Source of the DNA: a bacterium
Lineage (GTDB): Bacteria > Krumholzibacteriota > Krumholzibacteriia > G020349025
Length of the DNA stretch: 64,000 nucleotides
Direction of reading: 5' to 3'
NCBI GenBank assembly: GCA_031362565.1
Contig: JANLSU010000121.1
Coordinates: forward strand, 1-64,000
Shown: in pieces, positions 9,381 to 19,841 of the stretch
Position numbering within the stretch: the first letter of the stretch is position 1
Layout of the letters: each line of letters opens with the position of its first letter
Position numbers and translations under genes: made by a program
Notes under the pieces: generated by a model
The model's input: the letters and a program-made list of their open reading frames with translations, nothing else
Databases searched by the model: none
Told to the model about the DNA's origin: nothing

Positions 9381-10079
9381 TCAGGCGTTCACCGCGCGCG
9401 GTCTGGCACCGAAGATGGCGAGCCACAGCACGACGATGAACTCGCCGAAGTAGAAAGGGAGCGCGAACTGTTTGACCGTGCCCGCCTGCGCCGGGAATCC
9501 GACCGCGGCCACGCACGAAACCACGTAGGCGGCTCCGGACAGGATGAGCAACACGCCCAGGAACTTCGGCAGGAATCCGGACTTGATCGTGAGCGCAGCG
9601 AAGGGGAACAACCACAACCCCCAGAGTGCGGTCAGCAGGTCGCCCTGCCTCGCGTCCAGGCTGAGCACCGCGTAGACCAGCGTCTCGAGCTGGGGCCGGG
9701 TGAACACGGACCAGTAGTCGCGGCCGTTCAGGATCACGAGCGGTGCCACACGCAGCAGGAAGCCCGCGAACCCGGCGGCGATGCCGGTGCCCACCAGCGC
9801 GACCATCAGCCGCGCCTGCCTCCGGTCCACGTCCTCGAACAGGCGGTAGAGCGCGAGCACGACCAAGATGAAGAGCACCTGCGCGGCCACGTCGAGCAGG
9901 ATCCCAAAGCGGTACAATTGCTCCTTGGCGAGGATGGCCTGCGCGGTGGCGGCGGGATCGCCCGCGACAAAGTACAGGCCGCGCAGGTAGAAGTAACCCA
10001 CCATCGCGAGGATGGACATCACCAAGTAGAGAATGCCGGCTTCTCGGGCGGTACGCCGGATCTCGGTCGCGGTCGGCAC
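9381..10079 (-). CDS. DUF4386-family membrane protein
   Basis: RTAREAGILYL...GDPAATAQAI...WGLWLFPF...KSGFLPKFLG...GEF. Confidence 0.85.
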   Translation of the reverse strand: MPTATEIRRTAREAGILYLVMSILAMVGYFYLRGLYFVAGDPAATAQAILAKEQLYRFGILLDVAAQVLFILVVLALYRLFEDVDRRQARLMVALVGTGIAAGFAGFLLRVAPLVILNGRDYWSVFTRPQLETLVYAVLSLDARQGDLLTALWGLWLFPFAALTIKSGFLPKFLGVLLILSGAAYVVSCVAAVGFPAQAGTVKQFALPFYFGEFIVVLWLAIFGARPRAVNA

Positions 10080-10165
10080 GGGGAACACCGTCCATGGGGT
10101 TGGGCTGACATTGGCCGTACGCGGGTTCGTGCCCCAAGGTTTCGTCGGGGACCGGACTCGAAGTC

Positions 10166-11311
10166 TCACGACAGAAGTTCGTCGCCCCAAAGGCGTCCAA
10201 GGAACTCGCGCCAGGGTACGATTTCGATCCCCTCGCGGACGCTGGCGCGGGGTTCCATCGAAACGATGATCGCTGTCCGGGGATGATGCTCGTCCGCAAA
10301 GGCGCGAATTCCACGCAGGTCGCCGGGGCGAATGGGGCCGCCCTTCACTTCGATGGCAACTTCGCCGCCGCCCAGCACGAAGTCCACTTCCAGGCCGGAC
10401 TTGGTGCGCCAAAAATGAATATCGTAGTCGAGGCCGCGGTAGGCGCGATGCGCCTGGATTTCCATCAGAACGAAGTGCTCGAAGGCGCGGCCGAACTCTT
10501 CTCCGCGGGGCTCGGTAAGCGTTCGCTTCGTAATCGCCCCCGCAACACCCACGTCGAACAAGTAGAACTTGCCGGCCTTCGTGATGGTGCTCCGGCCGCC
10601 GCGCTTCGTGAACGGGGCGATTGTGCTTCCCAGCAGAGTATCCATGACGATCTGGTAGTACTCCTTGACGGTCTTGGAATCGACGCCGCAGTCGCGGGCG
10701 ATGTTCGCATAGTTGGTGAGTTCGCCGTGCGAGTATCCCAACGCGTCGAAGAACCGGGAGAATGCCGGGATATTGCGCGTCAGGCCCTCGTCGAAGACCT
10801 CCTCCTTGAGATAGTCACGCACATAGGCCTGGAGTGACCGGCGGTAGTGAGGATCCAAATAGTGGGCTGGCAGCAAGCCGCGTTGCAGCGCACGCAAGAG
10901 ATCCAGGTCCGGAATTTCCGGCGAGACCAGCGGATGCATTTCGAATCGCCAGGCCCGGCCGCCGAGCAGATTCGCCCGCCCGCGTTTCAATTTGCGAGCG
11001 CTCGAGCCCGTGAGGATGAACTGAATATGGCGGTTCTCAATGAGCCAGTGCACCTCGTCCAACAGCGCGGGCGCCTTCTGAACCTCGTCGATGACGAAGG
11101 GGTGGGCGCGCACGGCGGCGGGAGCGGCCTCGATTTCCTCGCGCAACCGCGACGGCCGCTTCAGAAGGTCGAAAAGAAGGTCCGTCTGGAGAAGGTCATA
11201 GCGCATGCTCTTGGGAAAGCGCTGCGCGAGAAAAGTCGTCTTCCCGGTCTTGCGGGGCCCCCACAGGAACGCGGATTTATTTGGACGGTAATTGAATCCA
11301 CTCTGGACGGA
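10166..11311 (-). CDS. AAA_14 + DUF4143 ATP-binding protein (5' end unclear, possibly damaged)
   Basis: FLWGPRKTGKTT Walker A, IDEVQK Walker B, ILTGSS, KFYLFDVG, FWRTKSGLEVDFV...IEVK. Confidence 0.88.
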   Translation of the reverse strand, partial: SVQSGFNYRPNKSAFLWGPRKTGKTTFLAQRFPKSMRYDLLQTDLLFDLLKRPSRLREEIEAAPAAVRAHPFVIDEVQKAPALLDEVHWLIENRHIQFILTGSSARKLKRGRANLLGGRAWRFEMHPLVSPEIPDLDLLRALQRGLLPAHYLDPHYRRSLQAYVRDYLKEEVFDEGLTRNIPAFSRFFDALGYSHGELTNYANIARDCGVDSKTVKEYYQIVMDTLLGSTIAPFTKRGGRSTITKAGKFYLFDVGVAGAITKRTLTEPRGEEFGRAFEHFVLMEIQAHRAYRGLDYDIHFWRTKSGLEVDFVLGGGEVAIEVKGGPIRPGDLRGIRAFADEHHPRTAIIVSMEPRASVREGIEIVPWREFLGRLWGDELLS

Positions 11312-11389
11312 CAGAAGAGATCGGCGGGGTCGCGCCGGATCGCGGACGCCTTCGCCGCGGAACACGGTGGTGTTCGTCTCCGACAAGAC

Positions 11390-11523
11390 GCGAAGTTCGG
11401 ATCCGCAACCACCACTTCGTGGCCCAGCTCCTCCAAGCATCGCGCCACCCACTCGCTCTCCGTCGACGCCTCGATCACGATGCGAGCCCGCTCCCCCTTG
11501 CCAAGCGTCGCGCGAAATCGGCC
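11390..11523 (-). mobile_element. IS110-family transposase fragment
   Basis: RARIVIEASTESEWVARCLEELGHEVVVADPNFA (N-terminal DEDD domain segment), about 45 codons only. Confidence 0.75.
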
Positions 11524-11596
11524 GGGCAGTGGCGGAGCGTGCCTCGCGGGAGAGAGTGGAGTATGATAGATTGGTTCGCATCGAGAGGAGACGAAA

Positions 11597-12124
11597 ATGC
11601 GGTATTTCGGATCGGCTCTTCGGTTTGACGCTACCGTGTTGCTCTGCCTCATCGTCGGCAGCAGCGCTGGAGCCGGCGCGTCCACGTACGCATTGAATGA
11701 TGCCAGCCGGTTCAGACAGGGTTGCTTCGAGCTCTGCGCTTGTCCACAGACGGAAGCCGGCGTCGTGGGTTCCTTCCAACTGGTCCCAGCCGGCTTCGAT
11801 GGTTCTTTCGAGATGTTCGATGTTTCCGCGGTCGACTGGACAGTGCTGTCGCCGCCGTTCGAGCTCAGCGGCTCAGGGACCTATCGCATCGACCGCGCCG
11901 CCCACCTCCAACGCCTCGAGCTCGACCTGCGCCGGGGCCTTGGCGACGTCGAGCATTTCGACAGCGGTCTCGTAGTCGCCGACGTCGACTTCCCCGCCGT
12001 CCGTGCGCAGGTCGCGATCCACGGTCCGCCAGCGTGCTTCGACACACGCTTCGAGCTGCACGCCTCGCCCCCCGTGGCGGTCCAAAGCACCACCTGGCCG
12101 GCGATCAAGGCCATGTACAAATGA
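11597..12124 (+). CDS. Secreted Cys-containing protein with TWxxIKxxY tail
   Basis: Signal peptide, GCFELCACP, ends PVAVQSTTWPAIKAMYK. Confidence 0.8.
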   Translation: MRYFGSALRFDATVLLCLIVGSSAGAGASTYALNDASRFRQGCFELCACPQTEAGVVGSFQLVPAGFDGSFEMFDVSAVDWTVLSPPFELSGSGTYRIDRAAHLQRLELDLRRGLGDVEHFDSGLVVADVDFPAVRAQVAIHGPPACFDTRFELHASPPVAVQSTTWPAIKAMYK

Positions 12125-12182
12125 CAAGCGGCGTCGTCAGTTCACCTCAGGTCGTGATGTAGTGGCCGTGTGGCTCTGGATG

Positions 12183-12570
12183 CTACACCTGGTTCAATAA
12201 GTGGTCTGCCAAGTTCACGATCTCGGTCCCGTGGTCATCCTCGGAGTAGGTGCTGACTAGAATGCTGCGTGCCCCGGCACAAAGAAACGCCAATCCCAAA
12301 TCGAGAGAGCCATCTGACGAGGAATCGAACGACAGCCCCCGGCATGCGGCCAGACTTATGAGTCGTGCTTCAGCCGCCAATGCTACTCGATCTCCTGCGC
12401 GGTGAGTCGGCCGTCGACCGGAGCACCAGCTACATTGCAAGACGGCAACGAGTCGAGGGCTCTCTCCGATGCGCGGTGACCAATGAGAATATCGGCGCCA
12501 GGTAGGGCTCGGGACAGATTTTCAATCTCGTTGGCTTCCCTGCGCAGCGGTGCAAGTTTTCCTATCCCTC
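12183..12570 (-). pseudogene. Degraded CHAT-domain gene fragment
   Basis: LAPLRREANEIENL...LIGHRASERAL, DGRLTAQEI, then frameshift to LISLAAC...LGLAFLCAGARSILVS. Confidence 0.6.
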
Positions 12571-12616
12571 ATATGCCCGCCGGCTGGAGATGCCGCTGCT
12601 GCGCCGGCATTCGCAT

Positions 12617-14386
12617 TCAGTACCCCAGCGCTGCACCGCGCGAACGCGGATCGCTGACACCGCGGCGCGTGCCGTTGGGCAGAATCTCGATGCATTGTGC
12701 ACTGCTGTAGGGGGTGCGTTCGCGCAACGCGTGGCCCATGGCGGTGAGATTGTTGCGTACGTCGTCGGTGAAAGCGCCGGGCTCGTAGTAGATCAAGTCC
12801 GGCTGCCACTGATGATGGAACCGGGGTGTCGCAACGGCCGTTTCGAGCGTCACCCCGTGATCGCGCACATCGACGAGAATATTCAGCACCGTCGTGATGA
12901 TGCGCGGTCCGCCGGGACTGCCGAGCACGAGCCACGGGTGGCCGCCCTTGCGAACAATGGTCGGGCACATCGACGACAGCGGCCGTTTGCCGGCGGCAAT
13001 CGCGTTTGCTTCGCCGCCCACCAGGCCGTACATGTTCGGCGTGCCCGGCTTGGCGGTGAAATCGTCCATCTCGTTGTTGAGAAGAAACCCGGCGCCCGCG
13101 ACCATGAAGCCGCTGCCGAATTCGTCGTTCAGAGTCGTCGTGAAGCTCGCGATGTTGCCGGCGGCGTCGACCACCGAAAGATGCGTCGTGTGATCGGGCT
13201 CGGGGGGCGCCGTGCGCAGCGTGTCCCAGGCGGCGTCCGCCGGGACGAGTGCCATGTGACCACCGGGCTCCCAGGGCCACGGATCGCCAGGCTGGAGTTT
13301 GCCGCGCGGCGTCGCATGTTCGGGGTCGATCGATTCAATGAGTTTCTTGATGTACGGCGCCGCAAGCAAACCGGTGACCGGCGGGCGAATGAATGCCGGG
13401 TCGCCAAGATGCGTATTACGATCTGCGAAGGCGCGCGCCATGGCCTCGGCCGTGAGATGCACGCGGTATGTCGACCGTGGACCGGTGGCGGAAATCTGCC
13501 AGTGCTCCAAGATCGCGAGCATCTCGAGCAGCGTCACACCTCCCGAACTCGGCGGCGGCACGACGATGACCTCGAGATCACGATAGCGCCCGCGGAGCGG
13601 GGTGCGTTCGGTGGCGCGATAGCCGGCCAAGTCGGCGCGTTTGATGGGCCCTTGAACGCGCTCCATCTCCTTGGCGACGATTTCTGAAATCGCCCCTTCG
13701 TAGAACGTCAGCGGACCCGATTGCGCGAGCAGCCGGAGCGTACGCGCCAGATCGCGCTGCTGGAGCTTGTCACCAGCGCGCAGCGGCCGGCCGTGTGGTA
13801 GAAAAATGTCGGCGCTGGCGGGAAACGCTTTGAGCTTGTCCTTCGACTGGTCGACCGCGGCGGCAAGGTCCTCGTTCACCGAGAAGCCGTCCTGCGCGTA
13901 GCGGATGGCGGGCGCCACGAGACTGCGCCAGGGACGGCGCCCATACTTCGACCAGGCGAGATACAGCCCGGCCGGAGTGCCCGGCACTCCCGACGCCCAC
14001 GGTCCGACGCGCGATCGCAACGAATCCGCATTGCCCTTTGCGTCCAGGTACATGTCACGGGATGCTGCCGCCGGCGCTGTTTCGCGGCAGTCGATCACGG
14101 TGCATAGGCTGTCGCTGGCCCGATAGAAGAGCAGGAATCCACCGCCCCCCAAATTGCCCGCTTGGGGATGCACGACGGCCAGCGCGAGTGCGGTCGCGAC
14201 GGCAGCATCGATGGCATTGCCGCCGTTCTTCAGGGTTTCAAGTCCAACGCGGGTCGCGAGCGGCTGTTGACTCACGACCATGCCGTGGGCGCCGGTCGCA
14301 ACTTGGCCGTCGCGATACACGAGCGGCGCCGCCGACACGGAGACGGTTCCGCAAACCAAGGTCGCAAGAGCAATCATCAGCCGCAC
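12617..14386 (-). CDS. ggt: Gamma-glutamyltransferase
   Basis: GGNAIDAAVA, NLGGGGF, DCRETAP, TTHLSVVD (catalytic Thr), LNNEMDDF, PLSSMCP, GSPGG. Confidence 0.96.
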   Translation of the reverse strand: MRLMIALATLVCGTVSVSAAPLVYRDGQVATGAHGMVVSQQPLATRVGLETLKNGGNAIDAAVATALALAVVHPQAGNLGGGGFLLFYRASDSLCTVIDCRETAPAAASRDMYLDAKGNADSLRSRVGPWASGVPGTPAGLYLAWSKYGRRPWRSLVAPAIRYAQDGFSVNEDLAAAVDQSKDKLKAFPASADIFLPHGRPLRAGDKLQQRDLARTLRLLAQSGPLTFYEGAISEIVAKEMERVQGPIKRADLAGYRATERTPLRGRYRDLEVIVVPPPSSGGVTLLEMLAILEHWQISATGPRSTYRVHLTAEAMARAFADRNTHLGDPAFIRPPVTGLLAAPYIKKLIESIDPEHATPRGKLQPGDPWPWEPGGHMALVPADAAWDTLRTAPPEPDHTTHLSVVDAAGNIASFTTTLNDEFGSGFMVAGAGFLLNNEMDDFTAKPGTPNMYGLVGGEANAIAAGKRPLSSMCPTIVRKGGHPWLVLGSPGGPRIITTVLNILVDVRDHGVTLETAVATPRFHHQWQPDLIYYEPGAFTDDVRNNLTAMGHALRERTPYSSAQCIEILPNGTRRGVSDPRSRGAALGY

Positions 14387-15132
14387 AGCACAGCTCCACC
14401 GTTGACGTTGAGAATCTCGCCGGTAATATGCGCCGCCAAGTCCGAAGCGAGAAAAACGATTGGACCCGCGATCTCATCCGGGGTCGCAACACGGCCGCGC
14501 GGAATCGCCGCCTCGATTTCGAGCCGCCGCGCCGGCTGCTGCATTTCACGCTCGACCATCTCGGTACCGACCCAACCCGGCGCGACCGCGTTGACCCGCA
14601 CGCGCGGCGCGAGTTCGACCGCCAACGACTTGGTCCACGCCACGAGCGCGCCCTTGCTGGCGGCATAGTGCGAGTGGTCCGCTTCGCCGCGCTGGGCGGC
14701 CGTCGAGGTTACGATCACGATCGCCGCCGATTCGGACTGCTGCAAGAACGGCAAGAGCGCCTGCGTCAGTTCGAAAACGGCGTCGAGGTTGACGCGCATC
14801 GTTTCGCGCCACACTTCGAGGGACATGGATTCGACGCGGCCGGCAGTCCAAATGCCGGCGTTGTGCACGAGCACGTCGAGACGACCAGTCGCGGCCGCAA
14901 CAGTGGCCGCAATCCGGGTCGCTGCACCTGCTTCACCCAGGTCGGCTGCCACGAGCCAGGCCCGTCGCCCCGCCGCGCGCACATCCGCCGCCACCTGATT
15001 CGCTTGCGAAGGCGAGGCGCGGTGGTGCACGACCACGTCCGCGCCGGCGCGCGCGAAAGCGCCGGCCGTGGCGGCGCCGATTCCGCGCGAGGCCCCGGTC
15101 ACAAGTGCGATGCGTCCCGAAAGATCGATCAC
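14377..15132 (-). CDS. SDR family oxidoreductase (FabG-like)
   Basis: TGASRGIG, HNAG, YAASK, VNAVAPG. Confidence 0.93.
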   Translation of the reverse strand: MIDLSGRIALVTGASRGIGAATAGAFARAGADVVVHHRASPSQANQVAADVRAAGRRAWLVAADLGEAGAATRIAATVAAATGRLDVLVHNAGIWTAGRVESMSLEVWRETMRVNLDAVFELTQALLPFLQQSESAAIVIVTSTAAQRGEADHSHYAASKGALVAWTKSLAVELAPRVRVNAVAPGWVGTEMVEREMQQPARRLEIEAAIPRGRVATPDEIAGPIVFLASDLAAHITGEILNVNGGAVLCG

Positions 15133-15224
15133 AGGTCCTCCGGCGGCCAGTGTATCTTGCGCGCGGGATCCTGTCCGCCATAATGCGCCTCGAGCCGAGG
15201 GTCGGGAATGCGCCTGGAGAAATC

Positions 15225-17255
15225 GTGGACGAGGCGACACCACAAAGTTTGAACCTACCGACGCTTCCGGCACCGGATCGCGCGCCGCCGGGCGGTCGCA
15301 TGGCGCGCTGGTTGTTGCACGGCGGCAATCTCGACTCACCGGCGAGACACGGACACGGGCATCCGTGGTACCAAGTGCTCTGGCTGACCGGTGTCGACTA
15401 TTTTTCGACCCTCGGATACCAGCCGGGCATTGCGCTCTTGGCGGCTGGGGCCTTGTCACCGCTCGCCACGGTGTTGCTCTTGGTCGTGACACTCTGTGGT
15501 GCGCTACCGGTCTACGCGCAAGTGGCGCGGCGATCGTTCGCGGGCCAGGGCTCTATCGCCATGCTGGAAAATTTGCTCCCCGGCTGGGGCGGCAAGTTGT
15601 TCGTTCTAGCACTCCTCGGATTCGCCACCACCGACTTCGTCATTACCATGACGCTGTCGGCTGCCGACGCGGCGCAGCACGCCATCGAAAACCCTTTCAT
15701 GCATCCGTATTTGGGCGATCACCAAATGTGGCTGACGTTGGGATTTCTCGCCGTCTTGGCGCTCGTCTTTCTCAAGGGTTTCAAGGAAGCGATCGGCGTC
15801 GCCGGGTTTCTGACCGTGCCCTATCTCCTGCTGAACGTGGTAGTCATCGGCCGCGGCCTCGTCGAAATTGCCCACCGGCCTGAACTCTTCGAGGGCTGGC
15901 GCAGTGCTCTCACGCTGCGTGGGGACTGGACCATGTTGTTCGCGGCGTCGGCACTCGTGTTTCCGAAGTTGGCGCTCGGCATGAGCGGGTTCGAGACCGG
16001 CGTCGCCGTCATGCCACTCATCTCGGGAGGCGATCGCTTGCCCGGGGGCGCCGCGCACTCCGAGCATGGGTTGCCGGCAGGTGCCGCCGTCGACCTGCCG
16101 CTCGGGCGAATCCAGGCCACGCGCCGGTTGTTGACGACGGCGGCACTCATCATGAGCGTACTGCTCATTGGCTCGAGCTTCGTCACGACATTGCTGCTCA
16201 AGCAGGCGGATGTCGCGGAAGGCGGGCCGGCCGCGGGACGCGCGCTCGCTTATCTCGCGCACACGCTTCTCGGGCACGGCTTCGGCACGGTGTACGACGT
16301 CTCGACGATCGCCATCTTATGGTTCGCCGGCGCCTCCGCCATGGCCGGCATGCTGAACTTGATTCCGCGCTATCTGCCGCGCTTCGGCATGGCACCACGC
16401 TGGGTCTCCTATGCACGTCCGCTGGTGCTCGTGCTTTTCGCCATCGACGTGATCGTCACCGTGGTCTTTCAGGCCAACGTCGAGAAGCAGGGTGGCGCCT
16501 ATGCCACCGGCGTTCTCGTCCTCATGCTGTCGGCCGCTATAGCGGTCACGCTCGCGCTCTGGAACGAGCCGCCACCGGCAGGCGCGGCTTCACGCCGCCG
16601 GGCCCGGATCCTGGCCAGTTACTTCGCGCTGGTCTCCGCCGTCCTGGGCTACACCCTCGTCGACAACGTCATCGAACGGCCGGACGGCGTCATCGTCTCG
16701 AGCGTGTTCATCTTCATCGTCGTGGTACTGGGTGCCATCAGCCGTTACGTCCGCGCCAGCGAACTCCGGGTCGAGCACATTACGTTCGCCGACAGCGACT
16801 CGAAGGCGTTGTGGCCCAACATCATCGGCAAGAGGGTGCATCTGGTGGCACTCAAGACCGCCGACCGGACCGCACGCGATCGCAAGCGCGCCGAGATCCA
16901 GCAGCATTACCGGGTCGCGGGACCGTTCGCATTCGTGCACGTCAACCTGCTCGACAACCGGAGCGAATTCTTGGCGCCACTGCAATTGCATGTGCGGCAG
17001 AGCGGCCAAGACTACGATGTCGCGATCACCGGCGCGGTTGCCGTGGCGAACAGCCTGGCGTATTTCAGCGAACTCGTCGATCCGATCAGCATTTACCTGG
17101 GCCTGACGCGCCTCAACCTGATGACCCAGTCGCTACGCTATTTCCTGTTCGGCGAAGGCGAAGTCGGCTTTTCGGTCTACGCCATCCTCGTCCGGTACTG
17201 GGAATGGACCCCCGAGGACGACGTGCGGCCGCTTATCTTCCTGATGAGCGAATGA
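15225..17255 (+). CDS. APC-superfamily amino acid transporter-like membrane protein
   Basis: WLTGVDYFSTLGYQPGIA, DFVITMTLSAADA, LGMSGFETGV; many TM segments. Confidence 0.85.
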   Translation: MDEATPQSLNLPTLPAPDRAPPGGRMARWLLHGGNLDSPARHGHGHPWYQVLWLTGVDYFSTLGYQPGIALLAAGALSPLATVLLLVVTLCGALPVYAQVARRSFAGQGSIAMLENLLPGWGGKLFVLALLGFATTDFVITMTLSAADAAQHAIENPFMHPYLGDHQMWLTLGFLAVLALVFLKGFKEAIGVAGFLTVPYLLLNVVVIGRGLVEIAHRPELFEGWRSALTLRGDWTMLFAASALVFPKLALGMSGFETGVAVMPLISGGDRLPGGAAHSEHGLPAGAAVDLPLGRIQATRRLLTTAALIMSVLLIGSSFVTTLLLKQADVAEGGPAAGRALAYLAHTLLGHGFGTVYDVSTIAILWFAGASAMAGMLNLIPRYLPRFGMAPRWVSYARPLVLVLFAIDVIVTVVFQANVEKQGGAYATGVLVLMLSAAIAVTLALWNEPPPAGAASRRRARILASYFALVSAVLGYTLVDNVIERPDGVIVSSVFIFIVVVLGAISRYVRASELRVEHITFADSDSKALWPNIIGKRVHLVALKTADRTARDRKRAEIQQHYRVAGPFAFVHVNLLDNRSEFLAPLQLHVRQSGQDYDVAITGAVAVANSLAYFSELVDPISIYLGLTRLNLMTQSLRYFLFGEGEVGFSVYAILVRYWEWTPEDDVRPLIFLMSE

Positions 17256-17378
17256 GTGTCGTTCGCGCCTGCCACGTGCCGCGCCCGGCAAGATGACCAC
17301 ACGCGGCGACGGCTTTGACCCGGCGCGCCGTTTGCAGGTAGACTGGTCTTGTCCCGCCGGAACCCGAGGAGGCTGCCG

Positions 17379-18596
17379 TTGAGTCTGCGCCCGCAGCGCG
17401 CCGTGGTTCTGCCCGAGCGCGCCCGACGCATGCCTGCCTCGCCGATCCGCAAGTTGGCACCCTTGTACGACCAGGCCAAGGCGCGCGGCCTGCACGTCTA
17501 CGCGCTCAACATCGGCCAGCCCGATATCTTGACGCCCGTCGAGATGCGCAACGCCTACAAGAATTGGGACCAGCAAGTGCTGGCGTATGGACACTCGGCG
17601 GGGCTTGCCGACTACCGCATTGGGCTGGCGCGCTACTACGCGCGTTTCGAGATCGACGTGCAACCGGAAGAGATCCTGGTCACGACCGGCGGCTCGGAAG
17701 CGATTCTCTTCGCGCTCATGGCCATCTGCGGCCCCGGCGACAACGTCCTCGTCCCCGAACCGTTCTATACGAACTACGCCGGCTTCGCGGTCATGGCCGG
17801 TGCCGAAGTGCGGGCGATTCCATCGCGCGCCGAGGACGGCTTTCATTTGCCGCCGCGGAGCGTCATCGACGCCATGGTCGATGACCGCACCCGCGCCATC
17901 CTGTGGTCGAGCCCCGGCAATCCGACCGGCGCGATCCTGACCCGCCACGAGCTCGAAATGCTGGGCGATGTCGCGCTCGAGCACGGCCTCTTTCTCTTGG
18001 CCGATGAAGTCTATCGCGAGTTCACTTATGACGGCGCGCGTCATACGAGCCTGTTTCACCTCGCTGGGCTCGATGACCGCGCCGTCATTCTCGACAGCAT
18101 CTCGAAGCGCTTCAGCGCTTGCGGAGCACGCATCGGTTCGCTCATGACGCGCAACCGCGAGATTTTGGACGCGTGTTTGCGCTTCGCGCAGGCGCGTCTG
18201 TGCCCGCCGACCATCGATCAGTACGCGGCGTTGGCGGCACTCGAAACGCCGCAGAGCTACTTCGACGACGTGCGCGACGAATACCAGAAGCGCCGGAACG
18301 TCCTGGTCGAAGCGCTGGGGAAACTTCCCGGAGTGAAATGCCGCCGGCCCGACGGGGCCTTTTATCTCATGGCCGAACTGCCGGTGGACGACAGCGAACG
18401 CTTCGCGCGCTGGATGCTCGAGGAGTTCGAGTGCGACAAACGCACGGTCATGATGGCACCCGGCCCCGGGTTCTACATGACGCCTGGCGCCGGCGCGCGC
18501 GAAGTACGGCTGGCGTATGTGCTCTGCTGTGAAGACCTCGTCGAGTCCATGCGCGTCCTCGGCCGTGGCCTCGCGGAATATCCCGGCCGCGTCTAA
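17379..18596 (+). CDS. Class I PLP-dependent aminotransferase (aspartate aminotransferase-like)
   Basis: LNIGQPD, PGNPTG, DEVYREF, DSISKRFSACGARIG. Confidence 0.93.
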   Translation: MSLRPQRAVVLPERARRMPASPIRKLAPLYDQAKARGLHVYALNIGQPDILTPVEMRNAYKNWDQQVLAYGHSAGLADYRIGLARYYARFEIDVQPEEILVTTGGSEAILFALMAICGPGDNVLVPEPFYTNYAGFAVMAGAEVRAIPSRAEDGFHLPPRSVIDAMVDDRTRAILWSSPGNPTGAILTRHELEMLGDVALEHGLFLLADEVYREFTYDGARHTSLFHLAGLDDRAVILDSISKRFSACGARIGSLMTRNREILDACLRFAQARLCPPTIDQYAALAALETPQSYFDDVRDEYQKRRNVLVEALGKLPGVKCRRPDGAFYLMAELPVDDSERFARWMLEEFECDKRTVMMAPGPGFYMTPGAGAREVRLAYVLCCEDLVESMRVLGRGLAEYPGRV

Positions 18597-18597
18597 G

Positions 18598-19821
18598 ATG
18601 GCCCGCCTGCATCCGTTCTGCGCCGTGCGTCCAGAGGCCGGGAGCGCCGCGCGCGTTGCCGCGCCGCCCTACGACGTCATGACGGCCGATGAGGCCCGCA
18701 CCCTCGCCCATGACAATCCACTCAGCTTCCTGCGCGTGACGCGCGCCGAACTCGAATTGGCCGCCGGCACGCCGCCCTACTCTGAAGCGGTGTACGAGCG
18801 GGCGCGCACCAACTTCGAAGCGTTGCGCGCTGCCGGGACGTTGCTCCGGGATGCGGAGCCGGCCGTGTACGTGTACCGGCTGCGCATGGGCGATCACGAG
18901 CAGACGGGCGTCGCGGGGTGTTTCTCGGTGGACGAATACGAGCAGGACATCATCAAGAAGCATGAGCGCACGCGGCCAGACAAGGAAGACGACCGCACGC
19001 GCCACATCGGCGCCCTGCGCGCGCAGACGGGTCCCGTGTTCCTGACCTATCGCGCTGCGGCCGCAATTGACGCGCGGGTCGGAGCGATTGCGGCGCAAGC
19101 GCCTCTCTACGACTTCGTGGCGCCGGATGGGGTGCGGCATACGCTGTGGCGCGCCGCGGCCGCCGACGGGCAGGCGCTTTGCACCGAGTTCGCGGCGGTT
19201 CCAGCGCTCTACATCGCCGACGGACATCATCGCGCCGCGAGCGCGGCCCGCAATCGCGCCGCCGAGCAGCGCCTGGCGAAGCCGGCACCAGACGCGAGCC
19301 TATTCTTGGCGGTGGCTTTCGCCGACACCCAAGTCCGCATCCTGCCCTACAACCGCGTCGTGAAGGATTTGGCGGGCCAAAGCGTCGACGAATTTCGGGC
19401 GGCGATCACGCGGCTCGCACCACGCGTCGACTTGCGGGCCGGCGGCCCGGTGCCGGCACGGGCCGGCGAGGTCGCGATGTATCTCGACGGCCGTTGGCAC
19501 CAGTTGGCGTTCGGCGACATCGACGCCGGCGATCCCGTTCGCAGGCTCGATGCTAGCCTGCTCCAGGACCGCATCTTGGGTCCGCTGCTCGGGATCGAAG
19601 ATCCGCGCACCGACACGCGCATCGATTTTGTCGGTGGCATTCGCGGTCCAGAGGACCTTGTGCGCCGCGTCGAGGCCGGCCAAGCCGCGGTGGCATTCGC
19701 GCTGTTTCCGCTCGCGGTCGACGACTTGATACAGGTATCGGATGCCGGCGCCGTATTGCCACCCAAGTCGACGTGGTTCGAACCCAAGCTTCGCGACGGG
19801 CTCCTCGTGCATGTGTTTTAA
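18598..19821 (+). CDS. DUF1015 family protein
   Basis: APPYDV, IKKHERT, YIADGHHRAASA, PPKSTWFEPKLRDGL. Confidence 0.92.
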   Translation: MARLHPFCAVRPEAGSAARVAAPPYDVMTADEARTLAHDNPLSFLRVTRAELELAAGTPPYSEAVYERARTNFEALRAAGTLLRDAEPAVYVYRLRMGDHEQTGVAGCFSVDEYEQDIIKKHERTRPDKEDDRTRHIGALRAQTGPVFLTYRAAAAIDARVGAIAAQAPLYDFVAPDGVRHTLWRAAAADGQALCTEFAAVPALYIADGHHRAASAARNRAAEQRLAKPAPDASLFLAVAFADTQVRILPYNRVVKDLAGQSVDEFRAAITRLAPRVDLRAGGPVPARAGEVAMYLDGRWHQLAFGDIDAGDPVRRLDASLLQDRILGPLLGIEDPRTDTRIDFVGGIRGPEDLVRRVEAGQAAVAFALFPLAVDDLIQVSDAGAVLPPKSTWFEPKLRDGLLVHVF

Positions 19822-19841
19822 AGGCGGTTAGGGGCAAACCC

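Noticed and set aside
11390..11523. Active IS110 / bridge-RNA element
   Set aside because: Only about 45 codons of the transposase remain; no ends or C-terminal domain
11312..11779. N-terminal extension of the AAA ATPase ORF
   Set aside because: It runs through an IS110 fragment in another frame and overlaps the plus-strand gene at 11597
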